Source: Octopus bimaculoides (taxonomy: Eukaryota). Taken from it: 51,470 bases of DNA. The position numbers were made by a program, and so were the translations under genes. Within the stretch, counting starts at the first letter, position 1. Each line of letters opens with the position of its first letter. The notes below the pieces were generated by a model. The model searched no databases and was not told where the DNA came from. It saw only the letters and a list, made by a program, of their open reading frames with translations. Shown piece after piece: positions 39,574 to 51,460 of this stretch. Location: the NCBI RefSeq assembly GCF_001194135.2, contig NC_068984.1, positions 72,333,305-72,384,774 of the forward strand. Direction: 5' to 3'.

Positions 39574-40291
39574 CACAAAGGGTTTCATACAAATATAGAG
39601 TAAGAGATAAAAACAGAGGTAGAATAGAGACAAGAACAAAAACAATAGCAAAAATAAGATAAAAATAAAAATAGAAAATAAAATAAAAATAAAAATAAAA
39701 ATAAGGGTACAGCAGGAAAAGAATAATAATAAAAAAATAATGCATAAATGAAAAATGAAAATATAACATAAGGGAAATATAAAAATATATTTTTAAAAAA
39801 CTAAAAATATAAGGCACATAAAGATCCTACAAACATTACAAATAGCTATAGACACTCCAATGCATATATATGTGTGGGTTCATGTGCATAATCATACTCA
39901 GATATTCCCTTACTCACATGTATACATATACAAGTATTTATACACAGGCATTCTACTACATACGCGGTTTGTTGGCATCAGTGCTATCTGCCGTACTTAG
40001 AAAGTTGTAAGTGTTTTTTTTTTAAAAAGTAGTAGTAATTAACCCTCCCCATTAGCAGCTGAATGTTCGAACCGTTGGAAGAAGCAACAGGATATCGTAC
40101 ACCGCAAAGTTTGAAAGTTTGGCATATTATTATTGTTGTTGTTGTTGTCATCATCATCGTCATCATCACTGTTATTGCTACTAGAACATTAATAACTCGT
40201 GTAAAATGAACTTCCACATAAACCCTTCCAAAATATATAGAAATGACACACACACACTCAGCAAAACTTCTTTTAGAAAAAACCCTTTGTG

Positions 40292-40420
40292 AATCTCTGA
40301 AGAGGCCTAGCGGTTCGTGCATGTAGCCCCATTTCAACATTTCATCTGATAATCACTCCGGCAAGAACTATTCGGATAGAATGGGGCATGCCAAAGCTAG
40401 GGCTAAACAGCTGTAAGATT
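40292..40420 (+). ncRNA. Mirror copy of the hammerhead with GAAA changed to TAAA (predicted inactive)
   Basis: Same layout as 39445-39573, but 40401-40420 reads GGC-TAAA-CAGCTGTA-AGATT. Confidence 0.55.
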
Positions 40421-40785
40421 AAACTTCTGTTCATTCTCTAATTCCTCATGTACTTTGTACTTCTATCTGTAAACCCGGTTGGCAAAATAACATGGTTTGT
40501 CATAAACACCTGTACTTTGTGGGGAGCGGGGTTGTCACTTTAGCTATGAATTAGATTAATGAATTCAACGGGATACACTGTCTGCAAGTAGTTGGGTTCA
40601 ATATATTATCCTCCATTTTCTAATTGATATACAAATTTGGGGTAATCCCCACCCCTTTTACTCGGTCCCATTTGTTGCACTTGGTATAACACTAGTATAG
40701 CAATAATTGGGTACCCTCCCAACAGTATATTGGATAGATATTATCCCTTAGTGGGTTGAATCCTCAACCCCTAACTCTCTCGCAT

Positions 40786-40816
<31 letters not shown>

Positions 40817-40989
40817 GTTTTAGAGAAAATAACCAAGTTTCAAGAACTCATCGATGAAAATCCAGTATCACATATAGAAAAATTAATAATTAAAAGCACA
40901 ATAAATGAGTATAATATAACGTAAAGTAAATATCATAAGATATATATATATATATATATATATTTATTTATTTATTTATTTATGTGTTT

Positions 40990-41025
40990 CAGCCAAGTGG
41001 CTGCGGTCATGCTGGTGCACCACCG
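40990..41025 (-). mobile_element. SINE 3' fragment
   Basis: tttcagccaagtggctgcggtcatgctggtgcacc resembles the reverse-complement SINE tail. Confidence 0.55.
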
Positions 41026-43278
41026 TGTATATATACATTACTTAATTGCAAGGTTAAAACAAAAATATTTTCTAATAAATAGAACGGTGATTTTAACTCA
41101 CAGCATTCAATTATTAAGCATTCATAATTGGAATGAATAAATAAAATTGAATATGAAGTATTTATGGAATTCTGATTTATTGTCGGATGATTTTCGGCCA
41201 ACCCTGTATATATACATGCCTACATATGGATATACAAATATACATACATATATACATATATATATATATTTGAATATAATTACAGACACCAGTTATTTTC
41301 TGTCACTAAGTTTTGTGAGTTTGAAATTATTTTCTGTCGATTTTACCTGTCACTCAAGCATGTATTATGAAACTTTATATTGGTAGTTGAATAGTTTTGC
41401 ACCATTCCAAAGCCAAATATTTAGATTATGGCTATATAACGATTTCGAATGCTTCAAACGTCTTGTGAAAATAAATGCCTAAGAAAATAATTCCACATTT
41501 GTAAGTTTCATTGATTATTATGTTTAGAATACATTGACAATACTTTCCAAATCATTAATGTAAACGGTTATAGCATTGCAAACTTCAACACGAAATTGAG
41601 TTTTCAGATATAAATCTTTTAAAATGTCAATGTAATATTGAATTGTAGTTAGTTTAACAAATGTTTTGTTGGCTTTTACAATTTCTTTTACAATCATTTC
41701 TTCTTTTAGTTCCTGTATTCATTCATTTTTATAATTTGAAGTGTGTTTGTCTTGTGGCAAAATTCTTAAATGTCTTTGCGAAACATTTTGACTTGTATCT
41801 CCAAAATTAGATTAGGGAAGCTTGGTTAAAGAGATTAATTTTTATGAAATAAAATATAAACTATACACGTTTTATTAGAAACACAATTAATACAAATGTT
41901 TGTCAAGTGAGTATGAAACCATAGAAAAATACTGACAGTAAAACTGTTTAAATACTACATAAAGTATGGTCTGTGTGTTTTGGTGCTTGATTTAATTTAG
42001 ATTTTGATTGACTAGTATAAAAATACATTTTCTTCTCTTAAGTTGACAACAGTTAAAACAGGGTAAGCTGACTACGTATTTTCTTTTCCCTATTTCTTTT
42101 CCCTAATATTTTCTATTCCCTATATATGAGGCAGTTTTATAATAAAACACATAACTCACAAGTCTAAATGCAGATGCATATGAAAATAATACATAAAATT
42201 GTATAGGTTATTTAGTTACTGAGTCCTCATTGAGTAGAACCACGAACAAAATGTTCACGTTGTTCTTGATCCCTTCATCGTGTATTGAATTTGTTTGTAA
42301 ATGCAACTTTATATTTGTACACTGCTTTTGTCCTTATTCAAAGGGTAGGATGTTATTTGGAAAATATTTGAGAGTATTTTCATATTGAAATTATCACTGC
42401 CTTTTTCTTCATCTTTATTACAATTTTAACTTTCCTTACGACAACTGTTGGTTTTAAGCAGTGAAAGGAAGGATAAATTTTGAGATGAAATAGAATGAGA
42501 TACTGAGAGGGTAAGCTTCAAAGGAAAAGACTTAAATGGTAAAGAGACACATGGCGGTGTCTACTATATACGATTAAGAGAAACAGTGGGGTATATGTCG
42601 GTATTTACATTGCGGGAAATGACGAAACAGAAGATACTGCCACGAGAATTTAGTAGGAACAGAAATTTATGGAATAAGCAAAAGAAATAACAAGAGTAAA
42701 TTTTTGCTATTAAGAAAAATAGGTGATAATGAAAGGATATGCTGTTGCACACAAACCAATATTCAAGCTGTTGCATATACTCAAAATAAAGAAAGTAAAA
42801 TGTAAAATAACCAAGAAGCAAGAGATGAGACACAGTTAGGGATCACAGTTAGGAGACACACAATTAGGGATCCTTAAGTTGATCTAAACCGGAAATTAAA
42901 AAAATGCGATCTCAATATATTTTCAAGCACTACGGATTGAAGAACAAACAATGTAATGTGCCTTTTATATAAGCAGGTAGTGTCTGTTTTTTGAAGAAAT
43001 TTGTTTTTAGCGTTTGTAACATTGTGTGTGTCAATGGTATATGCTTCATTGTTGAATAATTGTCAATAATAGGGTGCTGTTACGAAATTGCGTATCTAAT
43101 AAACACATAAAAGCTTATCAAATGAGATTGAAACAGAAAGTGGGGGTTTATCGGTGGCAGTATTAGGCGGAGCACTGAAAATTTTCATTAAGAATTTTGA
43201 TTGAAAATTTCATCAATCATTTTCATCAAGAATTTTATCAAAAGTTTTCTTCAAAAATTTTCATAAAAAATTTCATCA

Positions 43279-44964
43279 TTAGGGTTAGGTTAGGGTTAGG
43301 GTTAGCGTTAGGGTTAGGGTAAGGGCTATGGCTAGGATTAGGGCTAGGGTTAGGGTTAGGTTTAGGGTTAGGGTTAGGGATAGGGATAAGTTTAGGGTTA
43401 GGGTTAGGGTTAGCGTTAGCGTTAGGGTTAGGGTTAGCGTTACGGTTAGGGTTAGCTTTAGGGTTCGGGTTAGGGTTAGATTTAGGGTTAGGTTTAGGGT
43501 TACGGTTAGGGTAAGGTTTAGGGTTAGGATTAGGGCTAGGGCTACGGCTACGGCTATGGTTAGGGTTAGGGTTAGGGTTAGGATAAGTGTTAGGGATAGG
43601 GTTAGTTTTAGTAATAACGTTAGGGTTTGTGTTTGGGGTTAGGGTTAGGGTAAGGGTTAGGTTTGGGGCTAGGGTTTGGGTTGGGGTTGGTGTTGGGGTT
43701 GGGGTTAGGGTTAGGGTTATGGCTAGGGTTAGGCTTAGGCTTAGGTTTAGGGTTAGGGTTAGGGTAAGCGTTCGGGTTAGTATTAGGGATAGGGTTACGT
43801 TTAGGGTTAGTGTAAGGGCTAGGGTTAGGGTTAGGGCTAAGGTAATGTTTAGATTTAGGGTTAATGTGAGGGATAGGGTTAAGGTTAGGAATAGGGTTAG
43901 GATTACGTTTAGGGATGGGCTAGTGTTAGGTTTAGGTTTAACACTAACCCTAACCCTAACCCTAACCCTAACCCTAACCTTAACCTTAAACCTAAACCTA
44001 AAACTAAACCTAAGCCTAACCCTAGACCTAACCTTAACCCCAATACTAACACTAAGCCTGAACCTAGCCCTAGCCCTAGCCTTAAAACTAAACCCAACCA
44101 TTAAACCTAACCCTAATCTTAACCTTAACCCTAACCCTAACCCTATCCCTAACACTAAACCTAACCCTAACCCTAACACTAACCCTAACCCTAAACCTAA
44201 CACTGACCCTAACCATAAGCATGACCCTAACGCTGAATCTGACTCTAACCCTGACCTGGACCCTAAACCTGACCCTGATCATAACCCTGAACCTACCTTT
44301 CACACTGACCATAACCCTAACATTAAATCTAACCTTAACTCTAACACTAACCCTAACCCTAACCCTAAACCTAACCCTAACCCTAACACTAACCCTAACC
44401 CTAACCCTAACCCGAACACTAAACCTAAACCTAACCCTAAACCAAATTCTAACCCTAACCCGAAACCTAAACCTAACCCTAACCCTAACCCTAACCCTAT
44501 CCCTAAGCCTAACGCTAAATCTAACCCTAAATCTAACCCTAACACTAACACTAACCCTAACCCTAACGCTAAAGCTAGCCCTAACCCTAACCCTAACCCA
44601 AACCCCAAACCTAAACCTAACCCTAACCCAAAACCAAACCCAAACCCTAAACCTAAACCTAACCCTAACTCTAACGCTAAAGCTAAAACTAACCCTAACC
44701 CTAACCCAAACCCTAACCCTAACCCTAAACCTAACGCTAAAGCCTACACTAACCCTAACCCTAACTCAACCCTATCACTAACCCTAACCCTAACCCTAAC
44801 CCTAACCCTAACGCTAACCCTAACCCTAACGCTAACCCTAAACCTAACCCTAACCCTAACCCTAACCCTAAACCTAACCCTAACACCAACCCTTACCCTA
44901 ACCCTAACCCTAACCTTAACCCTAACCCTAAACCTAACCCTAACCCTAACCCTAACCCTAAACC
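43279..44964. repeat. Interstitial telomeric sequence, head-to-head degenerate (TTAGGG)n then (CCCTAA)n
   Basis: G-rich arm 43279-43939 and C-rich arm 43940-44964, with many variant hexamers. Confidence 0.95.
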
Positions 44965-46099
44965 TTTTTTTTTTTTAGGCAGAATGGTATGCATATAAGA
45001 TTGCAGGTCCTTGTGAGTAAGTTCTAATAGCGTCTAAAACTGGTCATTCCCAGTATAGAGTTTGTACACGGTGTTACTGAATCGAGCGTTTTATATAAAG
45101 TAACTTAAACGTTTGGAACGTATTTGTAAGGTCAAATCTAAGCAGTTAGAAAGAAACAAAGAAAATATAAAGAAAAATAGGAAAAAGAAAAAAGAAAAAA
45201 GAAAAAAGGAAAAATAAAAGTAATGAAGAGATGTAAAGTGTAGTGGTTAGTGGTCAGCCAAGATAAATTGACAGAAGGAATGGGGATGTGAGGGTGATAA
45301 AGAGGGAAAGAAATATGCGTATAAAGAGAGAGAGAGAAAGAAATATGCGTATAAAAAGATGATAGTAAAGGAGTATCAGATAGAAGGAATGGGAGGGGGT
45401 GATGGGTGATAGAGAGAGAAAGTTCTGAGAATGTAAAGAGTAAAGGTGTGTCCGGTATGTAGTGATAGAGCCTAAGTTAGGGGCAGAGGTAGGGGGTAGG
45501 GGGAGTAAAATGGTGGAATGAAGAATTTGGGAATATAGGTCAGGTTCGTTAGAGGACAGGTCAGTGCTTAGTAGTAGAAGAATGTATCATTATGTGAAGA
45601 TGTACACATGCATATAGTAAACATTTATATATATCAACACCTACATATACAACACGTACTCTTATGTATATGTTCGTACGTACATACGGACACGCGTATC
45701 TGTATGTATTATCGCCCTTGTAAACGCAGGTATATATACGTGTGTGTGTGTGTGTGTGTGCGTGTGTGTATGTGAGCGTGTGTGTGCGTGTGTGTGTGTA
45801 TGCAAGGAATATATACCTGCGTATACATGGGCGATAATATGAAAAGCAACAGGAACTAAAGCATCCCAGTTGAGGAATATTCACCGAGAATCGAACCCCA
45901 AAAAAAAAACTATTCATTCTTTATTATCCTTACTGCCAGGGTTAATTGCACTGTCTTATACCAGCAATATTTTGAAGCTTATTTAGACGCACTCAAACTA
46001 AACAACCTCACCGAGTCAAACTCACCTGCTGCACCTGTATTTCAAGCATTTCACTGAAATGCAGCAATTCTTACTTCACTCTTATTTTGTATATCGAAC

Positions 46100-46145
46100 G
46101 GTGAAAATCGATGAGTCCTCACCGGAGAGAAATGTGGCTTTCACC
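46100..46145 (+). ncRNA. Degenerate hammerhead-like motif
   Basis: GGTGAAA-a-tcGATGA-gTCC tcacc GGA ga-GAAA-tgtg-gc-TTTCACC. A 7-bp closing stem surrounds an eroded core. Confidence 0.3.
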
Positions 46146-46599
46146 TTAGCTACTCGACAGAAAAAAATACCTGCTCTTTCTAGAAAAAGTAGACAGTGTG
46201 CCTATGCGCGACAAGACATGATTGATAAATCCGTCTTATCAAAAAATGCTTTGACACTGAAAACAGATGTTTGCAGAACGGTTCAGACGTACGGTGTGCA
46301 CCTCCGATAGGTTGTTTGAAGGTATTATATTTCCGTGGTGTTTACAACAAACCTAAAAGTTATCACCGGTAATATCGCAGAAGCAAAGGATTTTTAAATT
46401 CGTCTTAGTCTCCGAAATAGACTGTTCAGTCGAACTTTGTTGACGTCGTCGCTCTTGCGTGCCACTTATAACCTGAGTAATTACCCGAAGGGTAGAAAAC
46501 CTGAGCTTCTGAAAATATTCTAAGTAGTAATTATTTCTGATATAGTTGCAAGGACTGAAATTTGTAGAGTAGTGGTTAGTCATATCACTCCACACTTGA

Positions 46600-46740
46600 A
46601 CTTAAATAGTACCCCAAAATAATCGACACCGAAAGAATGAAAGGCCAATTTAACCTCGGCTGGATTTGAATGCAAAATTCAGAATTAGTGCAAATAAAAT
46701 AATGCCTTTTGTTGGACGCTCTAACCACTGACCTAACGTT
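46600..46740 (-). mobile_element. tRNA-derived SINE, decayed
   Basis: atcgacaccgaaagaatgaaaggc...aacctcggc...gatttgaa is the reverse complement of the SINE body. Confidence 0.65.
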
Positions 46741-47064
46741 CGAAGTATTAATAAAGACTGAACAAGAATAGAATAATTTGTATTTTCTTTTTTAATATCA
46801 GAAACACACCATAGAGACAGAATATCGATTTTATCTTATGTAATTAATGAAAATAAATGTTTCAGATAAAATCGATTTTATAAGGTTGTATATTGTTGTT
46901 GTTTTTAGAGAAGTTAGTTGTTGTTATCATTAACATATTTGTTGTTTATGCTCCATCCTTATTTCGTATACTATTTTTTTCCCTGCTTCTTTATTTTCAT
47001 CTTAATTATCCTGAGCAAATGATAATGATAAATGTTTCTCGGTTTACTGAAGTGAGACCGAAAT

Positions 47065-47077
47065 AATAATGATAATA

Positions 47078-47127
<50 letters not shown>

Positions 47128-47167
47128 GATAATAATGATAATAATAATAATAATATTAATAATAATA

Positions 47168-47205
<38 letters not shown>

Positions 47206-47540
47206 NNNNNNNNNNNNNNNNNNNNNNNNNNNNNNNNNNNNNNNNNNNNNNNNNNNNNNNNNNNNNNNNNNNNNNNNNNNNNNNNNNNNNNNNNNNNNNN
47301 NNNNNNNNNNNNNNNNNNNNNNNNNNNNNNNNNNNNNNNNNNNNNNNNNNNNNNNNNNNNNNNNNNNNNNNNNNNNNNNNNNNNNNNNNNNGATGAGGAT
47401 GATGGTGACGATGATGGTGACGATGATGTTGATGGTGATAACGATGATGTTGATGGTGATAACGATGATGTTGATGGCGACGACTACTTTGATTATAATG
47501 AAGAGGATGATGACGACTATGATATTGATGATGATCAGTG
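47065..47540. repeat. (AAT)n and (GAT)n-like trinucleotide tracts separated by an N gap
   Basis: Visible runs. Confidence 0.95.
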
Positions 47541-47799
47541 AATATACATAGTAAATTAACCTCTTGACATAAAATCTTAAATGATACAATAGCGACAAGT
47601 TGGCTGGGATATGCGCCGACAGAGCAGGAAAAGCTAATTGCACATTCGCTGCTGTATACTGCCAGCATTCCAACATTCTGATGATCAATCTAATTACCTT
47701 GATAGCCGTTATTGCGTATAGACTTACACACACACAAATAAAGAAAAAATTAAAATATTAACCCTTGCTTTTCTTGCATATTTCGAAACAGATTGATCT

Positions 47800-48045
47800 C
47801 TAAAGTAAGGCCATTATTTATTTTTATGTGGAGGGTAAAAGTTATTGACATTGACTCCAGGATTTATTCTTATTATTTAGCCTATCAGATATCCTATAAC
47901 GACCACGTTTCCAATGATACATTGTACCAAATGGCTGACGAAAAGCAAATGAGCACAAGGATAAAGGAATGCCGGCTGAGATGGATTGGTCACGAACTGC
48001 GACAATCCAAAGTTTCTCGCTGGCCTCAAACGCTCGATTGAATCC
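47800..48045 (+). pseudogene. RTE-like LINE ORF2 C-terminal fragment
   Basis: QISYNDHVSNDTLY...STRIKECRLRWIGHELR matches the RTE-type I-W-D-(V/I)SN...RLRW-GH-R motif. Confidence 0.6.
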
Positions 48046-48099
48046 AATCCATCCACATTCATGTAGATGGGTTGCAAAGAAACACAATGTGTCCCTTTT

Positions 48100-49792
48100 A
48101 CAAATGTGTCCATTTTTGCATGTGTGTCCTCTCTTGCTCAGAAACGCAATGTGTCCCTTTCCACGGTGTCCAAAGTTGTGAACAGGAATCTTGGCATGAC
48201 TAGTTATGTTCGACGACGCCGTCACCTCTTGACAGCCAAAGCAATCAGAGCCAAGAGTTTGTTATTCATCAAGCAAGGTGCAGGAAAAACTCACGTGTTT
48301 GTGGACGAGAAGTTCAGAGTGGACGCTGAGGTGAAATGCAGTAATTCTCGAGTGATTGCATACAACCCTTCTGACGTCCCCCCTGTGTTTGAGACTAAGA
48401 ATCTCGCATCTGTGATGGTAGTTGGTGCCGTGGCGAGTGATGTAATTTTTCATGAATCCACACTTCATTGAGTCTGGCTTGAAGATCGGCACAAAGGTAC
48501 GTCAGAACTTCATGAATAACTCTCTGTTACTTCGGATGAAGCAAATGATTGGGCTTAAAAATGTGGTGCTTAAGGCGGCGAGGTGGTGAAGTTAAAGTGA
48601 CTGTACAAGAAGTTTTGGGTTGTTTCTCACTGGTCACAATTATAGCAGCTTCTTCAACGCACCGTTTCAGTTCGTAATTTTCATCTGTGACAGTAGCCAA
48701 CTGTTTTGGGAGACTATCAGCAACTCTTTCTAATAAAGTGCGTGTTGGTTTCTTAGAGCAAAGTACTACGAGATGCACGTTAAGGTCTCCATGCAACAAT
48801 AATCCTTTTGGCTAATACCCCCAACTCGCATCACACCCTTCAAAGCTCGTGAACCATCATCTGTTTTTGTCCCTATTTTTTGCTGCTCCCTCTTTCTTCA
48901 CTTCTTTAGCTAAGGCGATGAGCTGGCAGAAACGTTAACACGCCGGGCGAAATGCTTCGCAGTATTTCATCTGCCGTTACGTTCTGAGTTCAAATTCCGC
49001 CGAGGTCGACTTTGCCTTTCATCCTTTCGGGGTCAATAAATTAAGTACTAGTTACGCACTGGGGTCGATGTAAACGACTTAATCCCTTTGTCTGTCCTTG
49101 TTTGTCCCCTCTATGTTTAGCCCCTTGTGGGCAATAAAGAAATAAGAAACGTTAGCAGGTCGGGCGAAATGCTTAATAGTATTTCGTCTGTCTTTATGCT
49201 CTGAGTTCAAATTCCGCCGAAATTGACTTTGCCTCTCATCCTTTCGAGGTCGATAAATTAAGTACCAGTTGCATATTCGGGTCGATCTAATCGACTGCCC
49301 CCCCCCCCAAAAAAAAATTTCGGGCCTTGTACCTACAGTAGAAAAGAATGTGGTGCTTATCCAGGATTCTGCACCATGCTATAGGTAAAAAGCAATACTG
49401 GTTTTCCTTGGTGAGAAGGTGCCAATTTTTGTGAGGGCTAAAATATACCCCAGTAACAACCCAGATCTCAACCTTGTCGATTACTTTTTTACGGGGCATA
49501 CTTCAAGCTAGGATCAATGCTTCACCATACTCCATTGTCAAGAGTTTGAAGACCTGCATCAAGCATTCGACACGCAAAATCAAAAAGGCAGAGGTAGCTG
49601 CAGCTGCAAAAAAGTTTCATTCTTGTATAGAGGCAGCAATTTCTGGAAAGGGCGGCCATATTGAGTGATAAATGCTTTTGTTAAAATAAATATTACATTA
49701 AAGTTATCTCTGTCTACCACCATTATTTTAGTATTTATAACCAGTTTTATGCATTGTAAAGAAGTGTCTCAATTTATCTGCAAGATCCTATA
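48100..49792 (+). mobile_element. Tc1/mariner DD37D (maT-like) transposase pseudogene, split by insertions
   Basis: HTH region LAQKRNVSLSTVSKVV...HLLT, FVDEK (first D) and KNLASVMVVGAVASD. After the inserts come QDSAP and PDLNLVD, with 37 codons (one a stop) between the last two Asp. Confidence 0.8.
48913..49340 (+). mobile_element. Tandem SINE pair (two related monomers)
   Basis: The head gagctggcagaaacgttaacacgccgggcgaaatgc and B-box GAGTTCAAATTCC occur in monomer 1 (48913-49147). The sequence from gaaacgttagc onward repeats in monomer 2 (from about 49146). Confidence 0.88.
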
Positions 49793-49939
49793 GAATGAAG
49801 TTGAATTTATTTTTAATGCTAACATCTCTCAAATATGATTTAATCTACACACAGAAATTACAAGGTAGTCGTGGTCGGGCTCCATTTGAGAACGGATGAG
49901 ACACGGTAAATAATTAGGTCCTTTTTTCATACATACATG

Positions 49940-49946
49940 CATGCAT

Positions 49947-49992
<46 letters not shown>

Positions 49993-50040
49993 AAACAAAC
50001 ACACACACACACACACATATATATAAATATATATATATAT
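49940..50040. repeat. (CA)n-(TA)n microsatellite
   Basis: Visible runs. Confidence 0.95.
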
Positions 50041-50256
50041 CAAAAGGATGTTTTATAAAACTATTACGCACATACAATAACAGCCATACCAACAATCTAA
50101 CACACCTCCATCATCAGCTGCCCCACGGATATCACTATGGTTTCGATACCTGGACAGTACCATTCATATATATATATATATACATATGTTAAATAAAATG
50201 AGAGAGAAAAACCCAATGCTGCGTGGAATTTAAAGGAAATTTATAAAGAAAAGGTA

Positions 50257-50305
50257 GCCTTACAGCTGTTTCTGGCATGTTGGAGATTTTCTTTCATCAG
50301 AGACG
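50257..50305 (-). ncRNA. Minimal type I hammerhead-like motif
   Basis: GTCT-CTGATGA-(21 nt)-GAAA-C(AGCT)G-TA-AGGC. The core is intact and stem I has 4 bp (one G-U), but stem II pairs poorly. Confidence 0.55.
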
Positions 50306-51274
50306 ATATGAAAGAGTTATGTAGAGGAAAATAGTAGAGTTCAATATAAGGGGTTATTTTGGAAAAATAACAGTAGAAATATATGTAGAATGTTACAGTA
50401 GCAGTTCCATTATCCAAAGAAAGTGCTGTGTAGAATGGGTAGAAGTGCTTCTTGTCCATATCTAGATTCCGATAGGTGTTCATATTTTTTTTTATTACAA
50501 GTAGATAGTGTGGAGACATAATTTCCATGTGATATTCATTCAAAGGGATCTTGTGGTGTGAATGAAATTTTGAGAATGTTCTGGTAGGTGTAAGTAGATA
50601 GAGAGAAAAGAATAGATATGTATGATAGGAGGAGAATGGTATTAGTCAAAAGGAATAGGGGAAGAAAGAAGAAGAAAAGAAGAAGAAAAAAGGAAAAGAG
50701 GTGAGCTAAATGGTGGTCAAGTTATTGTGAGGGGAATGGGAGTGAAAATCTATCAGGATAAAAGGAATAAGGGGAGAGATAGAAGGAAGAGATAAGAATG
50801 TAAGGAAGGAATATGTGTGAGAAGAGGGAAGTGGGGAGATAGGCAGCAAAATGTGTACAGGGGAGTGTACTAAAGTGAGTAGTAAACCTCAAAAGCGAAG
50901 GGGAGAATAATAAGATATAATGGTCAAGTTTCTAAACATAGACGTAGGTATTTATTGTACTACCTCAAATGATAGTTCAGAGAGAGAAAGATGCGGATAT
51001 AGATATACACGCGCGTGCACACATATGCGTATAAATGTGTGTATGCACTATTATATACGGTCACATGTATGGCGTTACTGTATGGTAAAAAGATTGTTTC
51101 TCAACCACATGGCTCCGAGAACAGTCCAACTACGTGACACCTCGGGCAAGTGTCTTCTAGTATAACCTCGGGACGAGAAAAGTATTATGAGTGGATATGG
51201 TAGATGAAACTGAAAGAAGCCTGTTGTATATATATATATATATATATGTTTGTTTTTGTGTCTGTGTTTGACAC

Positions 51275-51460
51275 GCCACCATCACTTGACAACCGATGTT
51301 GGTGTGTTTACGTCCCAGTAACCTAGCGTTTGCCAAAATTGACCGATAGAATAAGTACTACGTTTATAAAAAAATAAGTCCTGGGGTTGATTCGTTCGAC
51401 TAAAGGTGGTGCGCCAGCATGGCCTCAGTCAAATGACTGAAACATGTAAAAGAATAAAAG
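51275..51460 (+). mobile_element. SINE
   Basis: cttgacaaccgatgttggtgtgtttacgtcc...cgatagaataagtac...ggtggtgcgccagcatggcc...aaatgactgaaac; the tail is shared with the 6735 and 40990 fragments. Confidence 0.8.

Larger units (their letters stand above)
39239..40630. repeat. ~350-bp high-identity inverted repeat pair (39239-39585 / 40280-40630)
   Basis: The arms align by eye along their length with scattered substitutions. Spacer is about 690 bp. Confidence 0.92.

Noticed and set aside
43238-44978. ORFs of 100-460 aa (NP, LT, LG, VR repeats)
   Set aside because: Translations of telomeric hexamers, which lack stops in several frames.
47044-47733. Poly-I/N/H ORFs
   Set aside because: Trinucleotide repeats plus an N gap.
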